DNA of 64,000 bases from Bispira polyomma (lineage: Eukaryota). The stretch lies in the NCBI GenBank assembly GCA_965649765.1, contig OZ287750.1, positions 103,602,001-103,666,000 of the forward strand, read 5' to 3'. Positions 37,895 through 51,447 of the stretch are shown here, one piece after another (position 1 is the stretch's first letter; each line of letters begins with the position of its first letter). The notes beneath the pieces are model-generated. The model was given only the letters and a program-made list of their open reading frames with translations. It was not told the DNA's origin and did no database searches. Both the position numbers and the translations under genes were made by a program.

Positions 37895-39365
37895 TACTGT
37901 CACTCTAACTAGTCTAATGTCACTCTAACTAGTCTAATGTCAATCTATCAAGTCTAATGTCTATGTAACTAGTCTAATGTCACTCTAACTAGTCTAATGT
38001 CAATCTAACTAGTTTAATGTCACTCTAACGAGTCTAATGTCACTCTAACTAGTCTAATGTCAATCTAACTAGTCTAATGTCAATCTAAGTAGTCTAATGT
38101 CTATGTAACTAGTCTAATGTCATTCAAACTGGTCTAATGTCACTATAACCAGTCCAGTTTCACGAGAGGAAAAGACCAGAATAATAAAACATTATAGATA
38201 ACATGTTTGGAGTTTTATTTGTTAAAATGTTAAAACATTGACATTAGTATTGTTAAACATTCGCGTTATAACTTTACACAATTACACACTGGTTAAGTTA
38301 TTTACATATCTATGCTCTAGTTATTTTACCCATCAGATGCAATTACAAGTGTCAGTCTATATAACATCTAAGTTTTGAGTAATATTACTATTACTTTAAC
38401 GAACTATGTTATTACTACTATCTTGTTATATTTACATATAGAAGCTGTACAAAGCATAAGCTGTTGACATGAATTTAGGTTGGATGTATCCAAACCTTAC
38501 AAGGTTACACATATACCAGTGTTTCACAGCTAATAGCTGAGTTCATTGCGTTGCCCATGGGCTTAATTCAAACTCGTTCAAGTTGAATGTTACCACAAGT
38601 TAGCAATGACTAACTGAGAATATGAAAGAGGAGGGTAAATGAGATATCTAAAACTGCCGTCTGGCTATTGGCCACAATAGGCAATATTAATAAAATGGAG
38701 TGGGCGGGTGGGGCAATTTGCTCCCACTCTGTCAGATTCTACTTCGCAAGCCCAGAACTATAGTATGTTGGGTCTTTTATAATCAACTTATTTGGCGGGA
38801 AATATTGGGTTAATAGAAATTGAGAGTAAATTTCGTTCAACTTCCAGACTTTATAATTTACTCAAATTTATGCAAATCTACTAGACAGTATGCAGTAACC
38901 ACTCTACCAGTCTATTTTTAACCTGTTTGATATGACACACCTTATGCAGTATTCAATTAACTATTAAGCTTTTCAGGCCACGCACTTAAACTTCCACATA
39001 GGCCAAGTCTTGATAATTATATATGTTTCTCACTCTGAAACTGAACCGTTGTGCTATTGCATACGCAGCACCCTGAATAATGTCACTCTAACTAGTCTAA
39101 TGTCACTCTAACTAGTCTAATGTCAATCTAACTAGTCTAATGTCTATGTAACTAGCCCAATGTCACTCTAACTAGTCTAATGTCACTCTAACTAGTTTAA
39201 TGTTTATATAACCAGTCTAACTAGTCTAATGTCACTCCAGCTAGTCTAATATCATTCTTAATAGTCTAATGTTTATGTAACTAGTCTAATGTCTAATAAT
39301 TTGTCTAATGTCACTCTAATTAGTATAATGTCACTCTAACCAGTCTAATGTCTATGTTACTAGTC
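37895..39365. repeat. 20-bp minisatellite split by a ~920-bp insertion (38155-39078)
   Basis: Unit actagtctaatgtcactcta on both sides. Confidence 0.88.
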
Positions 39366-39466
39366 TATTTGTACTCTGACAACCTAATCTCAGTCTGACC
39401 AGTCAATCTACATACGTTAATTTGAGTGTGATGACTGAGATACCACAGCTCTCACATCACCGACAC

Positions 39467-40815
39467 AGTGTGCAGACACCTAGTAATGTGTAAGATATCC
39501 CACTTACAGACTGGTATACTATGTGGACTGTGTGTTTAGTGTGCAGACACCTAGTAATGTGTAAGATGTCCCACTTACAGACTGGTATACTATGTGGACT
39601 GTGTGTTTAGTGTGCAGACACCTAGTAATGTGTAAGATGTCCCACTTACAGACTGGTATACTATGTGGACTGTGTGTTTAGTGTGCAGACACCTAGTAAT
39701 GTGTAAGATATCCCACTTACAGACTGGTATACTATGTGGACTGTGTGTTTAGTGTGCAGACACCTAGTAATGTGTAAGATATCCCACTAACCGGCTGGTA
39801 TACTATGTGGACTGTGTGTTTAGTGTGCAGACACCTAGTAATGTGTAAGATATCCCACTTACAGACTGGTATACTATGTGGACTGTGTGTTTAGTGTGCA
39901 GACACCTAGTAATGTGTAAGATATCCCACTTACAGACTGGTATACTATGTGGACTGTGTGTTTAGTGTGCAGACACCTAGTAATGTGTAAGATGTCCCAC
40001 TTACAGACTGGTATACTATGTGGACTGTGTGTTTAGTGTGCAGACACCTAGTAATGTGTAAGATATCCCACTTACAGACTGGTATACTATGTGGACTGTG
40101 TGTTTAGTGTGCAGACACCTAGTAATGTGTAAGATATCCCACTTACAGACTGGTATACTATGTGGACTGTGTGTTTAGTGTGCAGACACCTAGTAATGTG
40201 TAAGATATCCCACTAACCGGCTGGTATACTATGTGGACTGTGTGTTTAGTGTGCAGACACCTAGTAATGTGTAAGATATCCCACTTACAGACTGGTATAC
40301 TATGTGGACTGTGTGTTTAGTGTGCAGACACCTAGTAATGTGTAAGATATCCCACTTACAGGCTGGTATACTATGTGGACTGTGTGTTTAGTGTGCAGAC
40401 ACCTAGTAATGTGTAAGATATCCCACTTACAGACTGGTATACTATGTGGACTGTGTGTTTAGTGTGCAGACACCTAGTAATGTGTAAGATATCCCACTTA
40501 CAGACTGGTATACTATGTGGACTGTGTGTTTAGTGTGCAGACACCTAGTAATGTGTAAGATATCCCACTTACAGGCTGGTATACGATGTGGACTGTGTGT
40601 TTAGTGTGCAGACACCTAGTAATGTGTAAGATATCCCACTTACAGGCTGGTATACTATGTGGACTGTGTGTTTAGTGTGCAGACACCTAGTAATGTGTAA
40701 GATATCCCACTTACAGGCTGGTATACTATGTGGACTGTGTGTTTAGTGTGCAGACACCTAGTAATGTGTAAGATATCCCACTTACAGACTGGTATACTAT
40801 GTGGACTGTGTGTTT
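39467..40815. repeat. Highly homogeneous 71-bp tandem array, ~19 copies
   Basis: Unit agtgtgcagacacctagtaatgtgtaagatatcccacttacagactggtatactatgtggactgtgtgttt; no spacers. Confidence 0.96.
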
Positions 40816-41316
40816 ATTGAACCGACTGATCAGATCTATGCTTTAAAGGGAGACTCACTAATGTGGCTATCTGACAAGATTGTGTTAAGGGCAAATCCAA
40901 TTCATACTGACTGCCAGTGAAGTGAACTATTCACTCATATTTACATAAAGAGATTAGTCCCTGCTTTGTCCCCCTGTACTCAACTCCTACTGAAATATAG
41001 TGTAATGAAATGACTTCTGATGAGGCTCAGATATGGCTGTGTGTGTGGTAGGGGGTTGATGTGGACAGTTAGGTGGAGTTCAAATGAGGCTCCGAGCTGT
41101 CTGTTTGTGTGTGGTGGGTTGGTGGGGGGGAGGGGGGGGTAGTTAGTAGGGTTAAAGATGCCATCACATCATATCAGCTTACAAGAGATATGTATCAAGC
41201 CTTGTTACACTTGTTGTTGTCATGTGACATGTGCTGAGATTCATTTAGGGACATTGACTTAAGATGTTGAACCTAAGCCTATTAAACTCCTAGAATACAC
41301 TGCTTGTCTGTTTTAG

Positions 41317-41401
41317 CATGTTTTACGCAGGAGAAGTGTTAGTGGTTTAGTTTGTCAGCTGTTACAAGGTTTGGAGCAATTATCCTGCAGTAGAGAAGCT
41401 G
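41317..41401 (+). CDS. Internal exon (phase 0 to 1): HVLRRRSVSGLVCQLLQGLEQLSCSREA
   Basis: ttgtctgttttag| ... ctg|gtgagt; open frame with a tribasic site; phase fits the next exon. Alternative acceptor at 41331. Confidence 0.55.
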
Positions 41402-41529
41402 GTGAGTCACATGACACCCAGTGGAGTTCATTACCTTCTGTAAGACTTGAAACCTTGAAACCCTCCTTTGTTATAAGATTGAGGACAGCTAAGGCTGTGG
41501 TGACATATTTACAGGGGCCAGACATAACA

Positions 41530-41678
41530 ATAGGGGTATCACCGTTAGGTATCTTAAGGGGGGACACATTTTACTGTTGGGTATCTTAAGGGGTCACACA
41601 TATCACTGTTGGGTATCTTAAGGGGGGACACATATCACTGTTGGGTATCTTAAGGGGGGACACATATCACTGTTGGGT
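41530..41678. repeat. ~32-bp unit, 4 copies
   Basis: gggtatcttaaggggggacacatatcactgtt. Confidence 0.85.
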
Positions 41679-42238
41679 TAGAGTACTGTAGTAATAGTTA
41701 TACTAGTCCCTTAGTCAAAGCAGTGAATGGTCATTTATATAAAATATAGTCTGCTAATTGTATTCTGTCAAACTTGGTGTTTTATGGTAAACCGTTGGTA
41801 AAGGGGTCAGGTGTATTGTGGACTTAATTATACCTGGAAATGTTGGTCCACTAAACACACACGCAAACAATTAGGCAGTAAAGATGTGAGAGGTGTATTA
41901 ATAATTGATATGTGTATTGTAATGAGGGTTTGATGTGATAAGTGTTTGCTAGCAGTAGGTGCTACAAAGAGATGTCCTCACACACAGCTGTCTGTTATGT
42001 GGGCAGACAAATCACACCCAAGTGTGCTGCTTTACAAGGGTTTGTGGACACTGTTGACAGTTAAGACTGTTGACAATGTTTGCACGGAGGGCCAGTCTAC
42101 ACTGTTGATTAGGTTAGGCTACAAAACACGGACAGGTTGGCAAAAATTTGTAGACAGTAGTTTGAGTTTTAAAAGCACTTGCTGAAGACATTGTAAAGAT
42201 TTAGACCAAGGGTTTGTTTACACAGTTTAATGGCCCTG

Positions 42239-42389
42239 CTAACCAACTGTACACTCACAAATAGACAGTCTTTCTTTTTAAAGATATAGGCTTTACAATC
42301 ATGCATATCCCTAACCCAACTGTACACTCACAAATAGACAGTCTTTCTTTTTAAAGATATAGGCTTTACAATCATGCATATCCCTAACC
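42239..42389. repeat. Near-perfect ~73-bp tandem duplication
   Basis: ccaactgtacactcacaaatagacagtc...atccctaacc occurs twice. Confidence 0.88.
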
Positions 42390-43492
42390 CCCTGTGTTAG
42401 CTATCTGCTCAGTGGTTTTGACAACACTCAGCTTCGACACTTTAAGACAACTCCACTGACACATTACAAAACACCACTCAAACATGGTTAGAACAACGAA
42501 CTGCTTACTGATGTTGCGACAGTAGGCGTATTTGCGAATAAGAATCTGTTGAATCTGTGCAATCCAGATTATGATCTGGATTATTTGGATTTGCTAGATT
42601 AATAAAAATGCAAAAAGTTGGTTTGGGATTCAAATTGGCCAATAATGATATAGCTTTTAGTATTACACATTTAAAAAATATAAAACAGAGTACTCCCAAA
42701 GTTCATTTAATAATCGGCTAATAATATATATTTGGCTCTACCTGGCAGAATATATATCAAATATACATAAATATAAATTTCATACTCATTAACTAACTGT
42801 CCTCAGTTATTTTACACGAAAAATTAATATTTGCAGAATTAATTGTTCAGGAAATATTTACCAGAGGTTACAATGTTTTTAGGTTGAGAGTTTGCTTTTC
42901 TTTGTGTATAATATGATATATTTGAGTATATATGCAACTTTGTGTGACTTTTTCTCCAATGAATTCTGGGTAATCCATACGGTCTGAATCCACTGAACTA
43001 CCTCTTGAGATAGATCAACAGATCACTGATCTGGATAAGAATTCAGTCTATTTCACAACATATTCCATTGATCTACGAATCTAGATTCCACGGATTATGT
43101 CTGTGAAATACACCTACTGTGTTAGTAAGATTATTTGTTGTGTGGTTATTTGTGTGGTTATATATATGATTATTTGTATGGCTATTTGTGGTTATTGGTA
43201 TTGAGTATTTATATAACATCCGATTGATACAACATCGTCTGCCGCTCGCCCTCCCTCTATTCAAATGGGATAGTCCTACAAACATTGCCTTTGTCATCAA
43301 CAGTTGGTAATGGTCTGTTCACATCTAAGAAAGTTTCTTATTTCACTCTTTACCACCAGACCAAAGGAGACCAGTTATATGCATAGTTAATTATTCCGAT
43401 TATATTGTGGTTATATGCGTGTTTTTGGTGTTATTGTATGGATGGCTATAACATGACCTAAGTTATATATGTTGAGATATTTATATTTTCAG

Positions 43493-43601
43493 TAAACATA
43501 CCTGACAGGTACCTTGAACAGCAGCTTGACTGTCAATCCAGTTGTATCACTGATGGTTTTACCCCTGACCAATGCATACAGCTGTGTGGCTTTATGAACA
43601 G
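43493..43601 (+). CDS. Internal exon (phase 1 to 2): NIPDRYLEQQLDCQSSCITDGFTPDQCIQLCGFMN
   Basis: atattttcag| ... cag|gtatgt; open frame; Cx3C...Cx3C pattern shared with the 49885 exon. Confidence 0.72.
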
Positions 43602-43815
43602 GTATGTGATTTTATGAACCGGTGTGTGATGGTTTTATGAACTGGTGTGTGGTGTTATATACAGGTGTGTGGTTTTATGTACAGGTGTGTGGTGGTTTTA
43701 TGAACAGGTGTGTGGTTTTATGTACAGGTGTGTAGTATTATGTACAGGTGTGTGGTTTTAGGAACAGCTGTGTGATTGTAGGAACATGTATGTGGTTTTA
43801 GGAACAGGTATGTGT
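43579..43815. repeat. ~21-24-bp minisatellite spanning the 43601 donor
   Basis: Unit caggtgtgtggttttatgaa; the first copy lies inside the exon. Confidence 0.88.
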
Positions 43816-44524
43816 TTATATCTCCTTCTATCTCTCATGATACGTTTAACTTTGTGATTTCACAAAAAAATAGCTCAGCTGTTTTATGTCTAATGTATGC
43901 TCAAAGCTAAGATTAACTAGCAAATAACTTGATAAGAGAATATGACAGACATGACATCACTAACACCTTTTCTAATGTCAAGTATTAATGAAGGTCATGC
44001 CTGAAAAAAAGAAACAAAAAAAAAACTAATATCATTTTTTTTATAAAATTAACTGGCTCATATATCTATGTAACATTGAACTTCCAATTTGTACCTGACA
44101 ATATTAAACCACACATTTCTAATGCCGCCTCCAAAACACGGATATTTGATCTTATTAAAAGTATGAAAATAATACTCTTACATTGGGTGACAGAAACTCA
44201 AATTTTGGAGATGAATAGATGTTTGTTGGATATAAGCCACCTCTAACTCAAGGCCACCAGGTAATACAACTCTACACATCACCACCGACAACAAAAAGAA
44301 TGAGCTAAGTAAGTAAAGCCAAACTTGGAGGTCTTACAACTTGAGGATGGATTTCAAGTGGACAAAACCCAGGTGGGGTTTAATTAATTACCAGCTGTTG
44401 AGTTGTTTACAAATGGCCACTGTAAGTAGGGAATCTACACCGGTTAACACTCTGACTCACTCTACCTGTTTACAAGCTCTATTTGGTACACATTATTCAC
44501 ACCTGATTTACAAATAGATTGTTC

Positions 44525-44990
44525 CAGTTGCCTGTATGCTGTGTCCCAGTCTGACACCTTTAGTCAGAGGCCAGGTTTGATGTAGTAATGGTTTCTGTTC
44601 TAGTTTACTGTATGTGTTGTGTGCCAGTCTGACTCCTTTAGTCAGAGGCCAGGTTTGATGTAGTAATGGTTTCTGTTCTAGTTTACTGTATGTGTTGTGT
44701 CCCAGTCTGACACCTTTAGTCAGAGGCCAGGTTTGGTGTAGTAATGGTTTCTGTTCTAGTTTACTGTATGTGTTGTGTCCCAGTCTGACACCTTTAGTCA
44801 GAGGCCAGGTTTGATGTAGTAATGGTTTCTGTTCTAGTTTACTGTATGCTGTGTCCCAGTCTGACACCTTTATTCAGAGGCTATGGTTTGCTGTAATAAT
44901 GGTTTTTGTTCTAGTTGGTTGTATGTTTTGTCCCAGTCTGACACTTTTAGTCAGAGGCCAGGTTTGATGTAATAATGGTTTCTGTTCTTG
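44525..44990. repeat. 78-bp minisatellite, ~6 copies
   Basis: tgtcccagtctgacacctttagtcagaggccaggtttgatgtagtaatgg... repeated. Confidence 0.92.
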
Positions 44991-45171
44991 TGTGATGTGG
45001 GTATTTTTGTAAATCATGTGTAATGAAAGTGAAGGTCTCATTGGTGTATGCTGATGACATCAAGTTAATAGAGGAATCCCTCCAGTGGAGCTCATATTTA
45101 ACAATAAATTAGCCTCATGGTGTTAGAGTCCTGTAATGGTCGCATTGAATCATCCTCGGATCTGGCAAAAA

Positions 45172-46075
45172 CATGATATACTATACAATCAGGTATAATG
45201 ATATACTGTACAATCTGGTCTAATGATATACCATACAATCTGGTATTATGATACACTATACAATCTGGTCCAATGATATACCATATAATCTGGTTTTATG
45301 ATACACTATACAATCTGGTATAATGATATACTATACAATCTGGTCTAATGATATACTATACAATCTGGTATAATGATATACTATACAATCTTGTCTAATG
45401 ATATACCATACAATCTGGTATAATGATATACTGTACAATCTGGTCTAATGATGTACCGTACAATCTGGTCTGATGATGTACCATACAATCTGGTATAATG
45501 ATATACTATACAATCTTGTCTAATGATATACCATACAATCTGGTATAATGATATACTGTACAATCTGGTCTAATGATGTACCGTACAATCTGGTCTGATG
45601 ATGTACCATACAATCTGGTCTAATGATATACCGTACAATCTGGTCTAATGATATACTGTACAATCTGGTCTAATGATATACCATACAATCTGGTCTAATG
45701 ATATACCATACAATCTGGCCTAATGATATACCATACAATCTGGTCTAATGATATACTGTACATTCTGGTCTAATGATATACCATACAATCTGGTCTAATG
45801 ATATACTGTACAATCTGGTTTAATGATATACCATACAATCTGGTCTAATGATATACTGTACAATCTGGTCTAATGATATACCATACAATCTGGTCTAATG
45901 ATATACCATATAATCTGGTCTAATGATATACTGTACAATCTGGTTTAATGATATACCATACAATCTGGTCTAATGATATACCGTACAATCTGGTCTAATG
46001 ATATAATATACAATCTGGTCTAATGATATACCATACAATCTGGTCTATTGATATACCGTACAATCTGGTCTAATG
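45172..46075. repeat. 25-bp minisatellite, ~36 copies, ending at a branch point/acceptor
   Basis: Unit tacaatctggtctaatgatatacca. Confidence 0.94.
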
Positions 46076-46091
46076 CTGCTTTTGTCTACAG

Positions 46092-46115
46092 TGACATAAC
46101 ACTGTCACAGCTATG
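46092..46115 (+). CDS. Candidate 24-nt symmetric micro-exon (phase 2): DITLSQL
   Basis: ctaatgctgcttttgtctacag|tgacataacactgtcacagctatg|gtaaat; frame compatible with both neighbours. Confidence 0.45.
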
Positions 46116-47157
46116 GTAAATCCATGCCACTCAAAAGGTAGTCTATATTCAAAAGACATTCAGTAAAAGATCTTTGGAAATGAAATCACAGACACATTAT
46201 GTCCAGTGACTGAAGGGTTCTATTAATCTCATAAATATGGACTTTGAAGCATCATCCGAAAACTATCTTTATCAGGCAGCAACTCTTTGTCTTTTAAAAT
46301 GATTAACCAGTCCTGCTTAACAAAGCTCTACTTTACTGTTACTATCTGACCAGTAAAATGTATGTTACCAGTAAATGTATGTTACCAGTAAAATGTATGT
46401 TACCAGTAAATGTATGTACCCGTATGTGACAATCATCTAGTGACTCTACTCTCTATGACGTTTACTTTGGGCTTCCTCCTGTGGCGGTTGGTGACACAGT
46501 CTAGGAATCCTTTCTATGGCCCCTACAAAAGGTCCGAGTTTGTAAGACAATACTTGAATCATGGGTCATGTCAATATCATTATCATATAAGGGAGGAAAC
46601 TGCTTGCCGGCTGACTCAGTAACTGCGACTCATATGTGGTGTCAACTGCTAGTTGCTAAAGGTCTGTGTGAAAGGGTTCATGGCTTGCTCACATTGGATA
46701 GTGCTGGCCATTTGTTGTAACCCTATCTGTGAGTGAGTTGACATCATGATGGGATATCTGAGTCTTTGGCAACAGAGTAGGCTTGTCATTTTGATGGTGT
46801 AGTTTTGGAGAAAGTCATGACAATCACAAAGTGAGCTGACAATGTCATGACAGCTGTAATATCGTGAGGATGGGGGGGGGGGGGGGTATTTTTGGTTGTT
46901 TTAGAACCTGGGTGTAAGGCTCATGTGTATGGCTCAGTCTGGTTGTATATCTGGTTACTGGGAAGGCTGTTACTATCGGGTGTATAATGCCGAAAGTTTG
47001 TACACTAGGTTGTAATTTGGACACAGTTAGAATCTCACTGCTTTCTTCAGAGGTATGTTGTGTACTGGCTGTCGGTCTGTGCTTTACAGGATGACTCTGA
47101 AATGGTTGTATTTTGGCTGGCTTGCTCTACCAATAAATCCTTGCGATATGACCTGAC

Positions 47158-47192
<35 letters not shown>

Positions 47193-49374
47193 ACACTCAA
47201 TTGGTGAAATTGCCCATTGGCTCAAAAACTCTTGCCCATTTCATGAAATGGGCCACCTTATGTACAAAAAATAATTTTGCGTACACAGAGAGGAAATATG
47301 TAAGATATGAATGGTACTAGATGTCATTTTATTTTTATTTTTTTTTTTTTTTGTAGAATAAGATCTTAAATCCTTTTGCTTGAACAAACTATTACTTTAT
47401 GATTCTTGCATAATTTTTTTAGTATACAAGTCAAACTATTTAAAAAGGTAAACATCGGTGTAGTAGTATTAATCGTAACTTTTTGTAGCTGCATGCTAAT
47501 AACATTAAAAGTTTAGATGACCTAATATAAAGCATATTAACTGGGCTCTTTTCAAATATTGTAACAGTTATACAAATTGTTACTATATAATTTTTATATC
47601 TCAAAATAATTTAATTCAATGTAAACATGTATACTCAGAATTATTGATGATTCTTTTTCAAGATTAAATTTTCCTAATAGCTAATAGCTTGACATTAAAA
47701 GTTTAAATAAAGGGAGATTAACTATTTTTACTATTACACAGTGACACCTTGTACTAAAATACTGAGTTAATTTCAAAAGAAACCAAATGTGAGTAAGGTT
47801 AATTCCCTTTAAAGTGTTAAACCTGACTAACTGTTCTTTTTGAAGTTAATGCTTGTATTACAATCCTGAATCATTTTCAAAAAGAAAATCAAATGTGAGT
47901 AGGTATTAAAATCCCATTATAGTGTTAAACTGTACATCTTTGTGGACTTCAGGTCATGAGGAAAACTAATTAGTGTCTTAACACAAGGTAAAGTTGGTAA
48001 ACTTTCTACAGTTATCACATTCTCACAACTTACAAGCTAGCCTGTTGCATGTAATAGACAAAAACATATATTTTACTAATACAAATGAAATCTACACTTT
48101 ACTTTAAAAAATACTTACACACAAATATTTTTGTATACATATGTAACTGTTCATTTAGTTAAATAATAAGTGTTATCTTATTTTATAAACATATATTGTA
48201 ATTCTCTAGGAAAAGCTGAGAAATCATCAGAAATTTAATTTTTTCTTAATTTTTTTCAATATTATCTAAACGCATATATTTATACTTACATTATCAGTAA
48301 TATATTTCTCCGCCCCATGGTTTTGCTTCAATTAATGACAAAAGTTCATATGTTTTTTGGCCCATGTTTTCCACACTCTTGAACTTAGCAAAAAGTTTAC
48401 CTAAAGCTTGACTAGCAATAAGTTTATCTAAAGCTAGACTAGCAGAGTCTAAAAATACCTGTTTATGCTTGGAGCATGTTAAAAATTCACTGAACCACAC
48501 CCCTAATACAAATGGTGATATATTGCAAACTGATTAACTAATATAAGAAATAAAAATTTTACTCAAGAAAATGTTTTTTTTTATGCGAGGAAATGTTGAC
48601 TTTACTCTATAGAAGTAGTTATATTTTGTATGTAGAAATTATATAAATGTTAAAAAATTAAAATAAAGTTAAAAAACCCATCAGTCACATGTTTGAATTA
48701 CTGTGTGTACGTATATATACGCAAAATTAATTGATCGAGTTGAGATGCTGACTGGCTGAAATGTGTGTGTTTAAGAGTAGTGAAGTAGATTTAGATACGG
48801 GTGTAACTTAGAGATATATGTTGCTTGTGGCACTTGGTATTTAAAGTTGTATGGTTTCATGCTTACTTTAATATATAAGTGGGTTGATTCTAGTCACATC
48901 AGACTGTATGACACTTAATCTCGATATGGGGGAATCATAAGGTCTAACAACCCAAGCATATGACATGAATGGTACATGAACTGTCAAATCAAGGTTTTGT
49001 CATTGAAGATTATGAATCAGTGTTTCCTGAAGTCAGAGTTTTCAATACAGAAGTCCACATATCCTGAAGTAAAGCTTTCAACACGTTGAGAGGCAGGGGG
49101 CATCATGTCAAAAAATTGTTTGGAAATCATTGTATTTCTTATGCAGCACCTGGTGAATGGAACAAGCTTTCTACTGATATTTGAATTAAACACGTTTATG
49201 TCCATTCAGACAGGTTTATCCTCCGTAAAGGTTTCTCTCGGTACACACACCAGCCCTTCCTTACAAACCTAGACCATGTACCCAGACTATGCTATCAGAT
49301 AAGTCGAAGGGTTGGGGCACCTAACACAAGGACTTCACATCAATTTTGGCAGAATAAAAACTTGTTTTAGATGT

Positions 49375-49630
49375 CTGGTTGCATGTGTGGCTACATGTAT
49401 GGCTGTGTTTCAGATGTATGTGTGGCTACATGTATTGTTGTGTTTCAGATAATGGTTGTATTTGTGGCTACATGTTAGGCTATGTTTCAGATAATGGTTG
49501 TATTTGTGGCTACATGTATGGCTATTATTCAGATACTGGTTGTATTTGTGGCTACATGTATGGCTATATTTCAGATACTGGTTGTATGAGTGGCTACATG
49601 TATGGCTGTGTTTCAGATACTGGTTGTATG
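49375..49630. repeat. 42-bp minisatellite, ~6 copies
   Basis: ggctacatgtatggctgtgtttcagatactggttgtatttgt. Confidence 0.88.
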
Positions 49631-49884
49631 ATAGTATTATACGTGTACTTTGGAAATACTTATTATAGGTATTAAGTATATTAGTATTTAGTATATTGGC
49701 ATTTAGTATATCAGTAATTAGTGCACCAGCTTTTAGTATATAAATATACTAGTATGCAGTATATTATTGTTTAGTACATTAGTATTCAGTATATTAATAA
49801 TTTATATCTTGGTACTGTAGTATATTGGTATTTTAGTATTTAATATGTTAAGACTTAGTCTATTAGTATGTTTGTGTTTAATAG

Positions 49885-50028
49885 TTATGAGGACTACAGT
49901 GACGTCAGCCCTCTACTTCACATGATCACAAACCCTGAAGGTAGAAAAGAAGCTTGTTTGCGCTCATGTATAGAAAAGAAAGACAACGACAATATGAACT
50001 TTGATCGTTGTAAGGATCAATGTCAAGC
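49885..50028 (+). CDS. Internal exon (phase 2 to 2): YEDYSDVSPLLHMITNPEGRKEACLRSCIEKKDNDNMNFDRCKDQCQ
   Basis: tttgtgtttaatag| 144 nt, only one open frame, |gtaagt; Cx3C...Cx3C. Confidence 0.75.
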
Positions 50029-50357
50029 GTAAGTATAAACAGATGTGACTATAAACAGATGTGTATATATAAACAGATGTGTGTATAAACAGATGTTTAT
50101 ATATAAAAAGAAGTGTGTTTAAACAGATGTGTGTGAGGGAGTATAATATAAGACAAGGTATGAACTTTACACATTGTTAGGCCCAAAACTCACCTAGCAT
50201 TGCAAAGCGCTATGCTGCGAGATAGAAAATGGTTAAGCCCAAAACTCATCTAATGTTTGCATTTGCATCGGCACTAACGATAAAAGGTGCGTTTGCGATC
50301 TTAGAAAACTGATTAATGTGTTTTTATCTACATTTTATGGCTAATTTAGCTTTGCAT

Positions 50358-50688
50358 TATTGATTGTTTTAGACTACCATGTGTTTTATATTACACACAT
50401 ACATTGATTGTTTTTAGACTACCATGTGTTTTATATTGCACACATACATTGATTATTTTTAGACTACCATGTGTTTTATATTGCACACATACATTGATTG
50501 TTTTTAGACTACCATGTGTTTTATATTGCACACATACATTGATTGTTTTTAGACCACCATGTGTTTTATATTGCACACATACATTGATTGTTTTTAGACT
50601 ACCATGTGTTTCATATTGCACACATACATTGATTGTTTTTAGACTACCATGTGTTTTATATTACACACATACATTGATTGTTTTTAGA
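50358..50688. repeat. 45-bp minisatellite, ~7 copies
   Basis: attgattgtttttagactaccatgtgttttatattgcacacatac. Confidence 0.93.
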
Positions 50689-50952
50689 CACATACATTGC
50701 TTTATACACATACCTTGCGTCCCCAAAAAAGCCCCATGTAGCTCTTTTTTTCCATGTAGAGCCATAATCGAAACACAATGTGAGTTTTATATTTCATAAG
50801 TTATTTGTTACCCTTTACTTCGCCACGTAGCATAGCACATCCTAACGCTAGGTGAGTTTATGACCCTTAAAATATAAGGCCACAATTCACACAGCATTGT
50901 GATTATTAAGAAAGACTTCGCTACATAGGGAGGCTTTTTTTTAGAAAGGCAA

Positions 50953-51447
50953 CGTTTGTTTCTAATGTAAAACACAAGGTAATCTTCAATAACACAACAC
51001 TTATTTCTAATGTAAAACACAAGGTAATCATCAATAACACAACACTTGTTTCTAATGTAAAACACAGGGTAGTCTTCAATAACACAACACTTGTTTCTAA
51101 TGTAAAACACAAGGTAATCTTCAATAACACAACACTTGTTTCTAATGTAAAACACAGGGTAGTCTTCAATAACACAGAGCTTGTTTCTAATGTACAACAC
51201 AGGGTAGTCTTTAATAACACAACACTTGTTTCTAATGTAAAACACAGGGTAGTCTTCAATAACACAACACTTGTTTCTAATGTAAAACACAAGGTAGTCT
51301 TCAATAACACAACACTTGTTTCTAATGTAAAACACAGGGTAATCTTCAATAACACAACACTTGTTTCTAATGTACAACACAGGGTAGTCTTTAATAACAC
51401 AACACTTGTTTCTAATGTAAAACACAGGGTAGTCTTTAATAACACAA
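50953..51447. repeat. 45-bp minisatellite, ~11 copies
   Basis: ttgtttctaatgtaaaacacagggtagtcttcaataacacaacac. Confidence 0.93.

Noticed and set aside
39449-39489. Additional exon LSHHRHSVQTPSNV joining the 41331 acceptor
   Set aside because: The phase fits, but the acceptor lacks a pyrimidine tract and the RRR site would be lost; kept only as an alternative.
39467-40815. CRISPR-like regular array
   Set aside because: Head-to-tail units with no unique spacers, no cas genes, eukaryotic context.
47194-48735. CACTA-like or other DNA transposon after the (TA)n tract
   Set aside because: Only an internal inverted match (aattttgcgta/tacgcaaaatt) is visible; no matching terminus or TSD.
44508-51445. 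Repetitive ORFs at 44508, 49379, 50391, 50404, 50808 and 50921
   Set aside because: They are translations of 42-, 45- and 78-bp minisatellites whose unit length is a multiple of three.
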